DNA from: Octopus sinensis
Taxonomy: Eukaryota
Direction: 5' to 3'
Length of the DNA: 64,000 nt
Assembly (NCBI RefSeq): GCF_006345805.1
Contig: NC_043014.1
Location: 49,662,001 to 49,726,000 of the forward strand
Shown: piece after piece, positions 24,203-37,104 of the stretch
Layout: the number at the start of each line of letters is the position of its first letter
Position numbering within the stretch: position 1 is the stretch's first letter
Notes under the pieces: model-generated
Databases searched by the model: none
What the model saw: the letters and a program-made list of their open reading frames with translations, nothing else
What the model was told of the DNA's origin: nothing
Program-made: the position numbers and the translations under genes

Positions 24203-24835
24203 ACATCTGTACATGTAGTAGAAAACATAGTTTTGTAGTTCCTATTAGGAAATGAAACATGTGTAATGGGGAACAGATAATATCAAAAGTTTCCCAATTT
24301 CCTGTTTTGATATTATTATTCTACAGGAAATATTTTCCAGTACTTTCAATTCTTATGCAAACCTCACATAGATATAACATTTACATATGGACAAGGGATA
24401 CTGAATTAAGCAGATGTGCTTCAAGAGGACACAACTTGGATTTTCACCCTATCCTTATACATAGGAATGTGCATGTGTATGTGAGTGTGTGTATATGTGC
24501 ATGTGTGTATGTGTGTGTGTGTGTATGTATATATATATATGTGTGTGTGTGGTAAGTAGCTTGCTTACCAACCACATGGTTCCGGGTTCAGTCTCACTGT
24601 GTGTCACCTTGGGCAAGTGTCTTCTACTATAGCCTCAGGCTGACCAAAGTATTCAAGTCCGATCTCAAGATAGTGAGTTCTGTGGATAAGGGTTGGTGAC
24701 AGGTTACTCCATTTGTCTCAGTAAACTCCATTTGATCCATCCTGGTATGGAAAAGTCAGCATTAAAAGGACTATGACATATACACATATATGAATACACA
24801 CACACACACACACACACATACAGACATACATACAT

Positions 24836-25388
24836 GGTTGCTTACCCCTCGTTATCGAGTATGACCATTGCACGAAGCTTAATCAATGTTGTTATCGTGC
24901 AATGCCTGTGCAAGAAGATTTATTTTTTAAAGTGAGGAAAGGCTGTGCACTGAGTCAATCCCACTCACTAAGCAACAGCAGCCATAATCCGAAAAGAAGA
25001 ACAAGTCAACATCATTGGTAACCACTGAGCCACAGGTTTTATGTAGGCGTTATCCCAGTTACCTGAGTTACCTTCTCCTAGAAGGATGCCCTAACAAAGG
25101 CTAGGAGTCCTTCACTCCCAATGGTTTAACCGCGCGATTGGGTATTCAGTCCAATTATTTCTATGTCCCCGCACATGATACAGCCTTAAGGCATTTATTG
25201 GATGGCTGTTGACTCTCAAGAGTTCCTTCGCCCTTTGACGGGTTTTGTTTTTCATCCCGCAGGGTGTCCAATAAACACCCTCCTCACCAAGCAAGCTTGG
25301 TGGGGTTGCCAGTTTAGTCGCCAACGACCTGACCATGCAACAGGTTGTACTGGGTTACATGTTACCAGTAGCACTCGAAAGTGACCTG
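24836..25388 (-). mobile_element. ORF-less RTE-derived non-autonomous retroelement (5'UTR-like plus 3'UTR-like halves)
   Basis: RTE-like motifs gggcatccttctaggagaaggtaactc and cagcctttcctcactttaaa...gcacaggcattgc, recognised from memory; no coding capacity. Confidence 0.55.
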
Positions 25389-25949
25389 ACATACATAAAT
25401 ACATACATACATACACACATAAGCTAATTTGAAGACTACAGATCCAATCCATCACTGGAACTGTCAAAAATCTGTGCCTTGGATTTAGGTTAGACACTGG
25501 TCCTTTCTCTTTTGGCAAGAAATCTTGAAATAAACTGAATGACACACACAAACCCTGTGCTTTCAAACAAGTATTTCAACTCAGTCAACCTTGTTTCTGT
25601 TCTTCAGTGCATGGTTTCAATTTGAGAGCAGACTTCCAACTTCTCATCAATAATTTGTGTTGAAAACATTCTCATTGTCCTCTGTTCAAAGCAGGAATTC
25701 AAATGTTTGGATTTCAAATGTTCCATATTTCAAATGTTCCAAATTTGATATTCAAACCACGACAGATGGACAACTGAATTCTCAAAATGCCAACTTTAAC
25801 CTCAGAAAACTCAAATTCAATTCATTCAGGGTATGTGTTTATACAACAACTTATGTGTACTGAAGCAAAATTTAATTGTGGTGGTAGCGGTGGTGGTGGT
25901 GGTGGAAGGTAGCGTTTACAAGTTTGGTGTTTGAAAAGAATGTTAAGAA

Positions 25950-26180
25950 GTTTGCTTACCAACCACATGGTTCCGGGTTCAGTCCCACTACATGGCACCT
26001 TGGGCAAGTGTCTTCTACTATAACCTCGGATTTACCAAAGGCTTGTGAGTGGATTTGGTAGATGGAAACTGAAAGAAGCCTGTATATGTGCGTGTTTGTG
26101 TTTGTGCCCCACCGTTGCTTGACATCCAATGATGGTTTGCTTACATCCCTGTAACTTAGTGCTTTGGCAAAAGACATTGG
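25950..26180 (+). mobile_element. SINE family A fragment interrupted by SINE B
   Basis: Head through body, ends at ggcaaaagac. Confidence 0.8.
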
Positions 26181-26181
26181 T

Positions 26182-26592
26182 AAGGTGGTGAGCTGGCAGA
26201 AACATTAGCACACCAGGCAAAATGCTTTTGTCTGCTGCTATGTTCTGAGTTCAAATTCTACCGAGGTCGACTTTGCCTTTCATCCTTTCGGGGTCGATTA
26301 AATAAGTACCAGTTATGCACTGGGGTCGATATAATCGACTTAATCCGTTTGTCTGTCCTTGTTTGTCCCTTCTGTGTTTAGCCCTATGTGGGTAGTAAAG
26401 AAATAGGTATTTCGTCTGTCTTTACGTTCTGAGTTCAAATTCCGCCGAGGTCGACTTTGCCTTTCATCTTTTCGGGATCGATTAAGTAAGTACCAGTTAT
26501 GCACTGGGGTCGATATAATCGACTTAATCTGTTTGTCTGTCCTTGTTTGTCCTCTCTGTGTTTAGCCCCTTGTGGGTAGTAAAGAAATAGGT
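26182..26592 (+). mobile_element. SINE family B dimer (184-bp period)
   Basis: aaatag at 26401 and 26585; junction gaaataggtatttcgtctg. Confidence 0.92.
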
Positions 26593-27625
26593 CTACTGGG
26601 TTAAAACTGACTCAAGGCTAATCAATAATGAGGGACATTTTAGCCCCTTGTGGGTAGTCAAGAAATAAATATTGAAGGCGGAATGATTTGATAAGGGCAG
26701 CAGAAGTTGGAGATGAACGGAAAAGAATTATTGGAAAAGCCAGTCAAATTCTAATAGGTGGCAGTTGCAGATGACGATGATGATGATAATGATGATGATG
26801 ATGGTGCTACCAAAGTGAGGATTTAATACTGGTTAAAATAAAATTCCTTCAAAACAATATTGTTACAATAAATAAGACAATGAGCAAGAGGTTAACAGTA
26901 ACTGTTCATGAAAGGTTTTAGTTCACACCTCAAAAGCAACTGTTTATGTGTGTGTCAGTGTGTCCGTGTGTGTGTGTCTTATTTGCTTCAGTATGTGTAC
27001 ATGTGTGTGTGTGTGTGCATGTGCGTGTGTTATTTGTGTCGGTATGTGTGTATATATTGTCTGTTTAAGTATGTGTATGTGTGTGTTGAATACAAACAGT
27101 GTCTATATCCTATTGGTGTCTTACCAATAAAAACAATAAGTTCCATTCTTCACCAGAATCAGCAAAGTGAAGTTTACCCCTAGTGATGTCTATGTATACG
27201 TCTGTGTTTGTGTCTCACTGTAATGGTGGCTACTAAATACAGCTGTGGTGTGTGAGAGAGAGAGAGGGAGGGAGGGAGAGAGAGAGAGAGAGAGCTTCAC
27301 TCATGTGGTGGCTACTAAATACGACTATGAGCGTGAGTGTTACTCTAAGGCGGTTTACTAAATGCAACTGTGTGAGTCTTGTATTGTGGTTGACTAAATA
27401 CAACTCTGTGTGTGTGTGTGTGATTGTACTTACTTACTTGTTCTTGTAGCGACATTCACCCTGGTCGGGTTGAGTCAGCTTCTTCTACTCATGGAAGAAG
27501 TTTCGTGGGAATATGTGAATTTCACAAGCGGTCCCCAACAATCCCACATGTGGAGATATCCTGTTTGCCGCAGATTGTCCGCAGACGCAGGGACAGAACA
27601 ACCGAGGAGCCGCCGGTTGCCGAAG

Positions 27626-28325
27626 CAGACACTCCGAGGATTTTCACCAGAGCCCCGTCTGCTGGGTTGTAGCCCTAATACCACTCGGTGTCAGACCAAT
27701 CTGCCTTGGGTGGCCCTACCAGGAACCGAAGTTCCCTACGACATAGCTCTGACACTACCCGTTGCCAGCGTCCCCACCTCAGTGAGGAGGGGATGGAGTT
27801 TGGGGACGCAAACAGACACTCCGAGGATTTTCACCAGAGCCCCGTCTGCCGGGTTGTGGCCCTAATACCACTCGGTGTCAGACCAATCCGCCTTGGGTGG
27901 CCCTACCAGGAACCGAAGTTCCCTACGGCATAGCTCTGACACTACCTGTTGCCAGTGTCCCCACCACGGTGAGGAGGGGATGGAATTTGGGGACGCAAAC
28001 AGACACTCCGAGAATTTTCACCAGAGCCCCGTCTGCCGGGTTGTGGCCCTAATACCACTCGGTGTCAGACCAATCCGCCTTGGGTGGCCCTACCAGGAAC
28101 CAAAGTTCCCTACGGCATAGCTCTGACACTACCCGTTGCCAGCGTCCCCATCACGTTGAGGAGGGGATGGACTTTGGGGACGCAAACAGACACTCCGAGG
28201 ATTTTCACCAGAGCCCCGTCTGCCGGGTTGTGGCCCTAATACCACTCGGTGTCAGACCAATCCGCCTTGGGTGGCCCTACCAGGAACCAAAGTTCTCGAC
28301 GGCATAGCTCTGACACTACCCGTTG
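27626..28325. repeat. GC-rich 187-bp tandem array, ~3.75 copies
   Basis: cagacactccga starts at 27626, 27813, 28000 and 28187; few substitutions between units. Confidence 0.95.
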
Positions 28326-28544
28326 TGATTGCGTTAGTGTCTCACTAAATTCGGAGGGTACTGCTCAAGCTAGAGTCTGGTTTATTTTAGACTGGCATTC
28401 CGGATGTGACCATCAGTTCTGGTAGTAAATATGTTGCAGTATAGTGGCGAGGTGATATCATGGCATAACACCCTGATGGCATAATGGTATTGTGAAGTGT
28501 TAATATCGTAACATGGTAGTAAGTAGCAATCTGTCAACCATTAC

Positions 28545-28815
28545 CACATCATCATCATCATCATGGTTTAACGTCTGCTTTCCATGCTAGCATGGGTTGG
28601 ACGATTTTGACTGAGGTCTGGCGAACCAGATGGCTGCACCATATATACATATATACGACAGGCTTCTTTCAGTTTCCGTCTACCAAATCCACTCACAAGG
28701 CTTTGGTCGGCCCGGGGCTATAGCAGAAGATACTTGCCCAAGATGCTACACAGTGGGACTGAACCCGGAACCATGTGGTTGGTTAGCAAGCTACTTACCA
28801 CACAGCCACTCCTGT
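28545..28815 (-). mobile_element. SINE D tail fragment followed by SINE A head half
   Basis: Matches to both families. Confidence 0.8.
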
Positions 28816-29324
28816 GTCTATATATGTCTGTTTTACTTCTTTTTTTTTTTGGTTTGGTGCATGTGTTATTGTCTGTTGTTGGTCACCCATTGATGGAGAA
28901 AAGCTTCTTTCCTGTGATGATATAACGAGTAGAATTCTTCTGTTTTATGGGTTCCTGGGCCTAAAAACATACTGGAACACATTTCGAGCAAATGAACATT
29001 TAAGAGTACATTAGTCGAAACGGTTTATTGCCACAATATTCTGTTTTCACTAAAATTGTGGAACAGCACAAATATACAAAATATCTTTCATCTCTATCAT
29101 TATAAAGGCAGAGTGGTTCTGATTGTGAATATCAATAATGTGGCTGAGGGGAAAATATCTCAAGGGAGCGCATTCTTCATGCTCAATAGAAATACAGTAG
29201 CGTTTCATATGTATAATATTATTGAGTTAAAATAATTAGATTAACTTAGATTAGACAAGTAATTTCACCAAAGTAACTCTCCTTTCTTCCCATAAATAAA
29301 TAAATAAATAAATAAATAAATACA

Positions 29325-29357
<33 letters not shown>

Positions 29358-29445
29358 GTGGTTATCATTAGTGTATTTTGGCGATTTAAATAAGAGTTTT
29401 GACTGTTATTTCCAGTAGGTAGACATGCTTAGTACGGCCGTTGAT

Positions 29446-29478
<33 letters not shown>

Positions 29479-29507
29479 CAATAATAATAATAATATATAT
29501 ATATATA

Positions 29508-29612
29508 TAACGTAAAAGACTTTTTCTATTCCTGAGCGTTATACTAATACATCTGTTTGTTTTGTACACCACCTGTATTCGTCTTTTGTTTTTTTTCGTA
29601 AACTCTCCCTAT
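29508..29612 (+). mobile_element. Probable PLE pLTR fragment in (TA)n, related to 56400-56610
   Basis: Shared gtatt..(t/g)acgctcaggaa block read in opposite genomic orientation; microsatellite-embedded. Confidence 0.35.
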
Positions 29613-29890
29613 ATAATATATATATATTATATATATATATAATAATGATTATATATAGATATATATATAATAATATAATAATAATATAATAATATATAAT
29701 AATAATATAATAATAATAATGATAATAATGATAATAATAATGATAATAATAATAATAATAATAATAATGATAATAATAATGATATAATAATAATAATAAT
29801 AATAAATAATAATAATAATAATATAATAAGGTGTATGGAAAACACTCGGTGAGAAACGGAAGAAAATTTGAAGAAAGAAGGAAAAAAAAA

Positions 29891-29958
<68 letters not shown>

Positions 29959-30339
29959 GATAATGATAATAATAATAAAAGACCCTGGCTGGCTTGTAAA
30001 AAGAACCAGAATGAAACAGTGAAAATTATAACGGTACAGAATTTCTTTTCCGAAACCTGAAAGTGTTTTCATGGAGATTGGTACACCAAAGCTTAGAAAT
30101 AAAAAGTACATTAGTAATTTTATAGACCATCTTTATCTCACTTCTTTTACCAGTTTATTACAATATAAATAAAACTATATCATTATTTAAAGCCTTTATT
30201 ATTTATCCCACTCAGGGTGAATAATATTCATAACACAACTGAACGTTATTGTGCAATACTTTCACTTGGCTGTGTTTATACATGTTTGCTACATGTTTGG
30301 TATGTAGGTGTCATGTTTAATGTATCTGTATATTATCTT

Positions 30340-31190
30340 TCACTCTTTTACTTGTTTCAGTCATTTGAATGTGGCCAATGTGGAGCACCGCCTTTTAGTC
30401 GAGCAAATCGACCCCCAGGACTTATTCTTTGGAAGCCCAGTACTTATTCTATCGGTCTCTTTTGCCGAATCGCTAAGTTATAGGGACGTAAACACACCAG
30501 GATCGGTTGTCAAGCGATGTTGGGGAACAAACACAGACATACAAACATTACAACACTCATACATACGTACATACATACATACATATATATAATATATATA
30601 TAGATTATATATATATATATATCTTTATAATTAAGGGCTAAAGAAGGTTATTCTAAAGCCAATACACTGATTTATCCATTTATAATCCACTTGTTACAGG
30701 AAATTGAACTGAAAGCGGGCAACTAACCCTTTAGAAAATTTAAATTTCGCTATCTCTATTTTGAATCGTTTTCGGAATTACTCCCTATAAAGGATATATT
30801 CTTCTTCAGTAGAGCTTACGAGGAATATAAATAAATACTCACATGTGATCATGGAAAAAGCAGAAGCTAAAAACACCACTACGTTTAAGTACATCATTTA
30901 TATCTAAAAATAAAATTCCTTGGTCAGTCTCAGAACAACTGTGACCTATCGCCGCTACATATTGTAGGGTTACCGTCCCCTTATATATATATAATATATA
31001 TATATATATATACATACACCATATATACGATGGGCTTCTTTCAGTTTCTGTCTACCAAATCCACTCACAAGGCTTTGGTCGGCCTGAGGCTAGAGTAGAA
31101 GACATTTGACGAAGGTGCCACACAGTGGGACTGAACCTGGAGCCATGTGGTTGGTAAGCAAGCTACTTACTACACAGCCACTCCTGCGTC
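30340..31190 (-). mobile_element. SINE family A split by a ~360-bp non-SINE insert in its microsatellite
   Basis: Tail half 30340-30560, head half 31025-31190. Confidence 0.75.
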
Positions 31191-31619
31191 TATTGTCTAT
31201 TCCTTATGCAGAATCTGACCACTTCTTGCACCTACACCTCAGATCCACCATGATGTGGATTTTTAAACCAGACAATGTATTGAAATGTATTCAAAAGACA
31301 CCCACGTAAATTGCATATCCAATTTGGACCACCAAGAGCTGCAGTTATGTTCTGATATTCGTGGATCTTAAATTGTCTTTTGAGGCCTCTGTTAGATTTT
31401 CAGACCTTATGGCATACTCAGCATTGAAGGGTGTGTATAGATAATATAGGCAGAATAGTTGGTGGAGGTTCGTTTTTCATGTGTCCACAAATGAGATTTG
31501 AGCCCAGCAAAAGAAAGGCGTGGCCTGTCACAAACTGTGCACATACATATATACATATTTATACAGCATATACATACATACATATATATTATAGATATTT
31601 ATATATATATAATATATAT

Positions 31620-31651
<32 letters not shown>

Positions 31652-31777
31652 ATGTATATATATATAAATATAAATAAAAAGAACAGATTTTTCACATCCG
31701 AATTTTATATATACATACCTACATATATATGAATACATACACACATACATACCTACATACACACATACATACATACA

Positions 31778-31811
<34 letters not shown>

Positions 31812-32634
31812 CATATACATACATACATACATACATACATACATACATACATACATACATACATACATGTGTGTATGTATTTGAAAAAATCCTACTCTGC
31901 TTCTTTTGCGCTTTTTCAGTTTTGTTCCCTCTTCTTCTCTCTTCTCACTCCCTCTTTCTCTCCCATTCCCCTCTCTCTTCTCTCGTGTTTCCCCTCTCTG
32001 TGTCTTCTTACTTCTCTCTTTCTCTTTCCCCCCTCTCTGTCTTTGCTCCATTCTCCCTCCCCCGCCCCCCGCCCCCCGCCTCACTCCCCACCCCTATAGG
32101 CTATCTCCTTACCTTGGTGAAACAGTAAAGGTATTGTTGCAATTAAATTTGAAAAGAGATAAATACCAAGCCACCTCACCACATACCACCCACCGACCAA
32201 TGCCCAAGAGTACACACACACACACACACATTAACAAACATACACACTAACAAACGTATATACGCGTACACACAAACACCAACAAACAACACGCACACAT
32301 ACACACGTAACAAACACATACACGCTAACACACAGAGAGGCACTAACAAGCGTATACACATGCTGACACATATATATATACACTGACAAACACACACACA
32401 TACACATGCACGCGCACACACACACACAAACACACACACACGCCCTAACAAACATAGACACTAACAAGCACCACTCACACATACTAACAGACATGTGCAC
32501 ACTATCACACACACACACACACACTAACAAACACAAGCATACACACAGATACATATATACTGGCACTAACACACACACACACACACTAGCAAATACATGC
32601 ACATGTATTAGCAAAGACATACATACACACAGAC

Positions 32635-33012
32635 ACTAGCAAACTCCTTTTCAAACTCCACCCGTCTAACACCCGTGGACATATTTACAAAGTCAGAAAA
32701 CAGCACAGCTCCCATGACTTTAGGAAACATTTTTTTCACGCTGAGAGTTGCTGAAGCATGGAACAAACTGCCGGCATCAGTTGCTAGTTGTCGGAGCACT
32801 GCATCCTTCAAAACTTCCATGCTTCCTGAGAGATTCGCCAACACTCCACCTGATTTTCTCCCCTTCATACACACGCAAGCATGTATCTGACTCATACACT
32901 GTTCACTTCCCAGACATTTGTACATTACTGCATATGCTTTATACGCACTTTTGACAAGTTGTGGTGCACCTGAGCACTGTATACAATAATTTCATTATTA
33001 TCATTATTATTA
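32635..33012 (+). mobile_element. 3' end of CR1/L2-group LINE (sister subfamily of 17015-17970)
   Basis: LHPSNTRGHIYKVRKQHSSHDF..FFTLRVAEAWNKLPASV; gtgcacctgagcactgta plus (TTA)n tail. Confidence 0.9.
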
Positions 33013-33141
33013 AACACACACACACACACACAAACAAACACATTTATAAATACTCCACCAGGAAGCATTTACACGGTTGCTTGACCTGCTAGGTGGGACC
33101 TGCCACTAAATTTCTCACAAATGGTATCTTTTTGTGTTTAT

Positions 33142-33680
33142 CCCTTTAGCGTTCAGATTAATTTGGCAAAAATAATCCTTATTTATTCACATTAAAAAAA
33201 ATTTATCTGATATTATTTTGTAGTTTAAAGATAGGAAAGATGTAATTGCTTATTTTTAGAATGACATTGCAGGATAGGTGTGAGATGCTGGTTCTGGCTA
33301 GTTTGAGCATAAAATGAGTAGAATATTCGGGCCGGATACAGCTGGTTTAAACACTAAAGGGTTAAACCTTTAGCATTTAAACCGGCCATATCTGGCCCAA
33401 ATATGCTTCCTGCTTTATGTTCTAACTGTCCGGATCAAGCCTATCACACCTTTCCTTCAATGCCATTATAAAATATACAGTCACATCATCAAAATTTCAA
33501 AGCTGCAAAATAATGCAGGATTAATTAAAAACAATTTGAATGAAAAAGTGTTGCCTTTGACAGAATAATCTGAATGCTAAAGGGTTAAACCTTTAGCACG
33601 GAAACCAAATATTCCACCTGTTTAATATTCTAGCTTGCCTGATCCATCCACACACGCTTAGCCTACAATGTCATTTGAAA
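33142..33680. mobile_element. Three adjoining TTAA-flanked piggyBac-like MITEs
   Basis: Termini (c/a)cctttagc...gctaaaggg; shared TTAA at 33362-33365 and 33585-33588. Confidence 0.75.
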
Positions 33681-33689
33681 AATGAACAA

Positions 33690-34420
33690 TCACGACATTA
33701 CCAGCGTCGCACTACTGGCACTCGAGCCCCATGCTAGTAGGGTATTAAGAGCACCATCTGAGCATGATCGTCGCCAGAGCAGCTTTCTGGCCTCCGTGCC
33801 GGTGGCATGTGAAAAACACCATTCGAGCGTGATCGTTACCAGCATCGTCTTACTGTCACCTGCGCCGGTGGCATGTGTAAAAGATTCGAGCGAGGTCGTT
33901 GCCAGTGCCACCTGACTGGCCCTCATGTCGGTGGCATGTAAAAGCACCCACTACACTCTTGGAGTGGTTGGCATTAGGAAGGGCATACAGCTGTAGAAAC
34001 TCTGCCAGATCAGATTGGAGCCTGGTGCAGCCATCTGGTTCGCCAGCCCTCAGTCATACGTCCAACCCATGCTAGCATGGAAAGCGGACGTTAAACGATG
34101 ATGATGATCATCATCATTGAAATTACAAAAGTAGAGACAGTGAACAACATTCGAGTGAGATCGTTGCCGGTGCCACTGTGCAGGTGGCACGTAAAAAACA
34201 CCAGTTGAGCATGGCCGTTGCCGGTACTGCCTGACTGGCACGTAAAAAGCACCCACTATACTCTCCGAGTGGTTGGCATTAGGAAGGTCATCCAGCTGTA
34301 GAAAGCTTACCAGATCAGATTGGAACTTGGTGCAGCCATCTGGCTCACCAGTCCGCAATCAAAACGTCTAACCCATGCCAGCATGGAAAGTGGACGTTAA
34401 ATGATGATGATGATGATGAT
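33690..34420 (+). mobile_element. Two tandem SINE family D copies
   Basis: (GAT)n tails at ~34100 and ~34420. Confidence 0.85.
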
Positions 34421-34627
34421 GATGAAAAAGTCAGGGCTGAATTTCGCTTTCAGCATGCCATTTACCTTGTCATAACTTTTTTTAATATTTTTTTGAGTTT
34501 TCAGAAATTTTTGTGAATTTGTCTTATTCACATGTGAATTCATATGACTACATAAAAAAAAATTTAATTTTTCGAAATTTAAAAAGAAGATAAAAAAAAA
34601 TTTCTAATCTTTCAAAATTTAAGAAGT

Positions 34628-34658
<31 letters not shown>

Positions 34659-34929
34659 CACATCTCTACATGCTTTGTAATCCAAGAACCTGCGTATGGC
34701 CACTTGTGGCCAATAAAGGACCCTCAACATTATGCTTTACGGGATTCAGTAGTTGGATGTCGTCATGTGATCAATCTCCCAAATCTCACCTGAGTTGACA
34801 TTGCAAATCTCTCTCTCTGGGGATAATTGATAAAAACTGTCACAATAACAGACTCGGAAGAGATCAATCATTTAATCATTCAATCGACTCATCCAACAAA
34901 ATTAGATGTATCTTTTATAATTTATATTC

Positions 34930-34938
34930 TTATTCCCC

Positions 34939-35010
<72 letters not shown>

Positions 35011-35400
35011 ATGATGATATAGTAATCTTTGATTTTGTCAGCTCTTCTTTTCCTTTTCATTCTTCTTTTCCTATCCTCCCACTCCTACTCTGTCTTCTCC
35101 TCATTTTCTCTCCTACATTCCCCACCTCCTTCATACACATTCTTCTATCCTCCTCCTTTTACTCTTTCTCCTCATTCTCCCTCCTCACTCCTCCACCACC
35201 ACCACCACCACGACTGCAACAACAACAACATCAACCACCTCCTCTTCCACCAGCACCACCTCCACCTCATCTTCCACCGCCTCCTCTTCCTCCACCTCCA
35301 CCACCACCACCACCACCACCACCACCTCCTCCTCCTTTCTCTCCTCTCCCTCCTCTCCCTCCTTCCCTTACTCCCTTCCTGCACCCTTCTTCTGATCAAA
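34930..35400. repeat. Compound (CT)n/(TA)n/(CAC)n/(CCT)n low-complexity tract
   Basis: Direct inspection. Confidence 0.9.
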
Positions 35401-35799
35401 AAGGAACCATTATTACACTTCATATTTTGTTTATTAACGTAATTAACTTGAAATTGAACCACTATCGGAGCATTACTTGCAGTTACAACTCCCTAAAGCC
35501 TGTCGACCGCCCCACCTCACCCCCACCCCACTCCGCCAACATAACAGAATCCTTCTCCGCCAATCACCATGACCACCACCACTCACCTCAGTGAATGGGG
35601 GGGGGTTATTGATCTTCGATGACAAAACATAAGGAAAGAAAAGAGACAGCATGCGGTGACTGACAATACCTGTGTTAGTCTTTAAGTACTGATTAACAGT
35701 GGAACTAACCTTCTGCGGGGGTGGGCAGGAGCGGAATATTGTTAATATTTCGGCTTAATAATCTATTAATTAAAAGAAGTGAAGATGAAAGTCATTAAA

Positions 35800-35993
35800 T
35801 GGTGAGATGTGTGTGCCTGAGTGTATGTGTGTGTGTGTGAGAGAGAGAGTATATACATGTGTGTGCGTGTGTGTGTGTCTGTGTGAGAGAGAGAGTGTAT
35901 ATATGTATGTGTATGTGTGTGTGAATATATATATGTGTGTGTGTGTGTGAGAGAGAGAGAGTGTATATATGTATGTGTATGTGTGTGTGAATG

Positions 35994-36024
<31 letters not shown>

Positions 36025-36179
36025 GTGAGAGTCTATATATGTATGTGTATGTGTGCATGAATGTATATATATGTTTGTGTGTGTGTGTGTGAGAGTCTAT
36101 ATATGTATGTGTATGTGTGCATGAATGTATATATATGTGTGTGTGTGTGTGAGTCTATATATGTATGTGTGTGTGAATG

Positions 36180-36210
<31 letters not shown>
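35800..36210. repeat. Degenerate ~60-bp TG/TA minisatellite
   Basis: Recurring gagagt(g/c)tatatatgtatgtgtatgtgtg unit. Confidence 0.8.
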
Positions 36211-36212
<2 letters not shown>

Positions 36213-36630
36213 TTGACTTGGTATACTAATAGCAACAACAACAAAGTTTACCTGTTTTTTTCTTTAACCAAACACAAAGATTATTTATTTATTTATTCAA
36301 CCATTGTAGGGAATGTGCAGATTATAATTATAATTAATTGATTGAACAGACTACCGCGTGTATTTTTGTATGTGTGTACTTATATACACACACACACATA
36401 TACATATGTAATACCTACCTACCACATACACACAGTTATGCAAATACACATGCATATACACATAGGTATACACATACATATACGCACAAGTATGACCGTT
36501 GCTTGTTAATGAGTTACAAAGCAGAGATGATGGTTTAATCCAACCGATGATCTGTAACGTTTACCGTCATGATTATTAGATAAATGTCTCCTCTCAGTTA
36601 AAGGCTATGCAGAATCATGAACAGTGACGA

Positions 36631-37030
36631 CTTATTTCTTTATTACCCACAAGGGGCTAAACGTAGAGGGGACAAACAAGGACAGACAAAGGGATTAAGT
36701 CGATTACATCGACCCCAGTGCGTGACTGGTACTTAATTTATTGACCCCGAATGGATGAAAGGCAAAGTCGACCTCGGCGGAATTTGAACTCAGAACGTAA
36801 AGACAGACAAAATACCTATTTCTTTACTATCCACAAGGGGCTAAACACAGAGAGGACAAACAAGGACAGACAAACGGATTAAGTCGATTATATCGACCCC
36901 AGTGCGTAACTAGTACTTATTTAATCAACCTCGAAAGGATGAAAGGCAAAGTCAACCTCGGCGGAATTTGAACTCAGAACGTAAAGACATACGAAATACT
37001 GGTAAGCATTTCGCCTGGCCTGCTAACGTT
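36631..37030 (-). mobile_element. SINE family B dimer (184-bp period)
   Basis: tatttcttta at 36633 and 36817. Confidence 0.92.
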
Positions 37031-37104
37031 TGGGCGATCAATCTCCAACTGTGTACAACTGTGTACAAGCATGTGTCACTTTAGATCACTAAGGGTATCG
37101 TCTT

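Noticed and set aside
27626-28325. 187-bp array as a CRISPR array, protein-coding repeat, or hammerhead/pistol retrozyme
   Set aside because: Units have no variable spacers; the period is not a multiple of 3; there is no CUGANGA/GAAA core on either strand; the minus-strand GTGG-TATTAGGG-CCAC resembles pistol P1 but the UUAAA and CCCUAA partners are missing
31212-31305. 94-nt plus-strand exon candidate (cag|AATCTGACC...CAC|gtaaat)
   Set aside because: One frame is open but the donor is weak, no homolog is recognised and there are no partner exons
34827-35594. 255-aa proline-rich ORF
   Set aside because: Length is explained by stop-free CT/CCA/CCT microsatellites; no domain or splice support
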